51,991 nt of DNA from Octopus sinensis. Lineage: Eukaryota. The first letter of the stretch is position 1. Each line of letters starts with the position of its first letter. This document shows, in pieces, positions 51,027-51,991 of the stretch. The notes below the pieces were generated by a model that saw only the letters and a list, made by a program, of their open reading frames with translations, had not been told where the DNA came from and ran no database searches. The position numbers and the translations under genes were made by a program. Location: positions 1-51,991 of the forward strand of contig NW_021831960.1 in the NCBI RefSeq assembly GCF_006345805.1. The letters run 5' to 3'.

Positions 51027-51349
51027 ATACTCAAACACGAAGAAAATGCATAATGCAGGTGTGTGTGCATATATTCTGTATAATACGTATATATTCATAT
51101 TTATATTTATAAATCTCGACGTGGTCAGGGCGAATGCAATGAAGGTAACAATTAGGATTTCTCTCCTATGATATGCATATTTATTTGTTTAATCTGAAAT
51201 CCTGTATTGTCTCGTGTAACTTCGTGTATTCTCATCCTTGATAGAAACGAGTTCTAATGTCCCACTCTTAATAACTGCACACTTGATAACCGCTGAGGAA
51301 TCTTTTCACGGCATGAAAGCACAGAGTGTAACAAGGTTACAACTAATTA

Positions 51350-51475
51350 TTGCCAGCTGAGTAGAGAGAAGCAACGAGAAATAAAGTAACTTGCTCAAGA
51401 GACACAATGTACCGCCGCCAAGTATCGAACTCTTGACCCCTACAATTGTGAGCCGAATATTCTAGCTACAAAACA
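51350..51475 (-). mobile_element. Degenerate SINE family D head and centre
   Basis: CCAGCTGAGTAGAGAGAAGCAACGAGAAATAAAGTAACTTGCTCAAGAGACACAATG..ATCGAACTC is the reverse complement of 46200-46295. Confidence 0.7.
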
Positions 51476-51859
51476 ATGGGTTTCCCACACAACGCACCGA
51501 TAATAATGACTGATTTCTCATGAAGCTACGGTTTTCTAGTCAGCTCTAGGTGGTCTCCCTTTGGTATCCCCTATCGAGGAAAGCATAACAAAATGCATTT
51601 AGGAATCCAAAAGAGGGCACCACTGAGCTGGTAGTGGTGTATTTACACATTTTCCATAAGCGAGCGCTTCTTGATATTAATAATAATATATTATAAAATA
51701 TATATAATCGCTCGTATTAAATACATAAATATTTTAATAGTATTAATACTTTGCTACAATAGAGCACTCAATATAAATTCAGTATATAATATTCTCATTG
51801 AATATATTTAACTAAAGATTTGTGTGTGTGTGTGTGTATGTGTGTGTGTGTCTATGTGT

Positions 51860-51991
51860 CTGTGTTTGTCCCCCACCCCACCATCGCTTGACAACCGATG
51901 GTGGTGTGTTTACGTCCCCGTAACTTAGCGGTTCGGCAAAAGAGAACGATAGAATAAGTACTAGGCTTACAAAGAATAAGTCTTAGGATCG
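51860..51991 (+). mobile_element. SINE family B 3' half (runs off the window)
   Basis: CATCGCTTGACAACCGATGGTGGTGTGTTTACGTCCCCGTAACTTAGCGGTTCGGCAAAAG. Confidence 0.85.

Overview
Repeat-dominated, AT-rich animal genomic DNA with no recognisable host protein-coding exon, so probably intergenic or deep intron. The tRNA-derived SINE families and the density of (TA)n/(CA)n/(GATA)n/(TATG)n/(ATT)n microsatellites resemble octopus (coleoid cephalopod) DNA; this is inferred from pattern recognition. Nearly all ORFs in the track are microsatellite or SINE artefacts. Supported features: (1) a full-length but frameshifted Tx1/L1-clade LINE (1251-7102, minus) and a 5'-truncated relative (7499-8178), both embedded in (GATA)n; (2) three mariner relics and one Tc1-like fragment; (3) a non-autonomous Helitron (26037-27565) carrying a LINE ORF1 fragment; (4) R4/Dong-like LINE 3' fragments around a (TAA)n tract; (5) Penelope-like terminal repeats with hammerhead-like motifs; (6) a foldback MITE; (7) a ~1.57 kb tandem duplication; (8) many modular SINEs. 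Best leads: an apparently (GATA)n-targeting Tx1 LINE whose 3' end is shared with a SINE tail, a non-canonical hammerhead-like motif, Helitron capture of LINE ORF1, and a unique 36-bp-arm hairpin directly after a TACTAAC...CAG acceptor.
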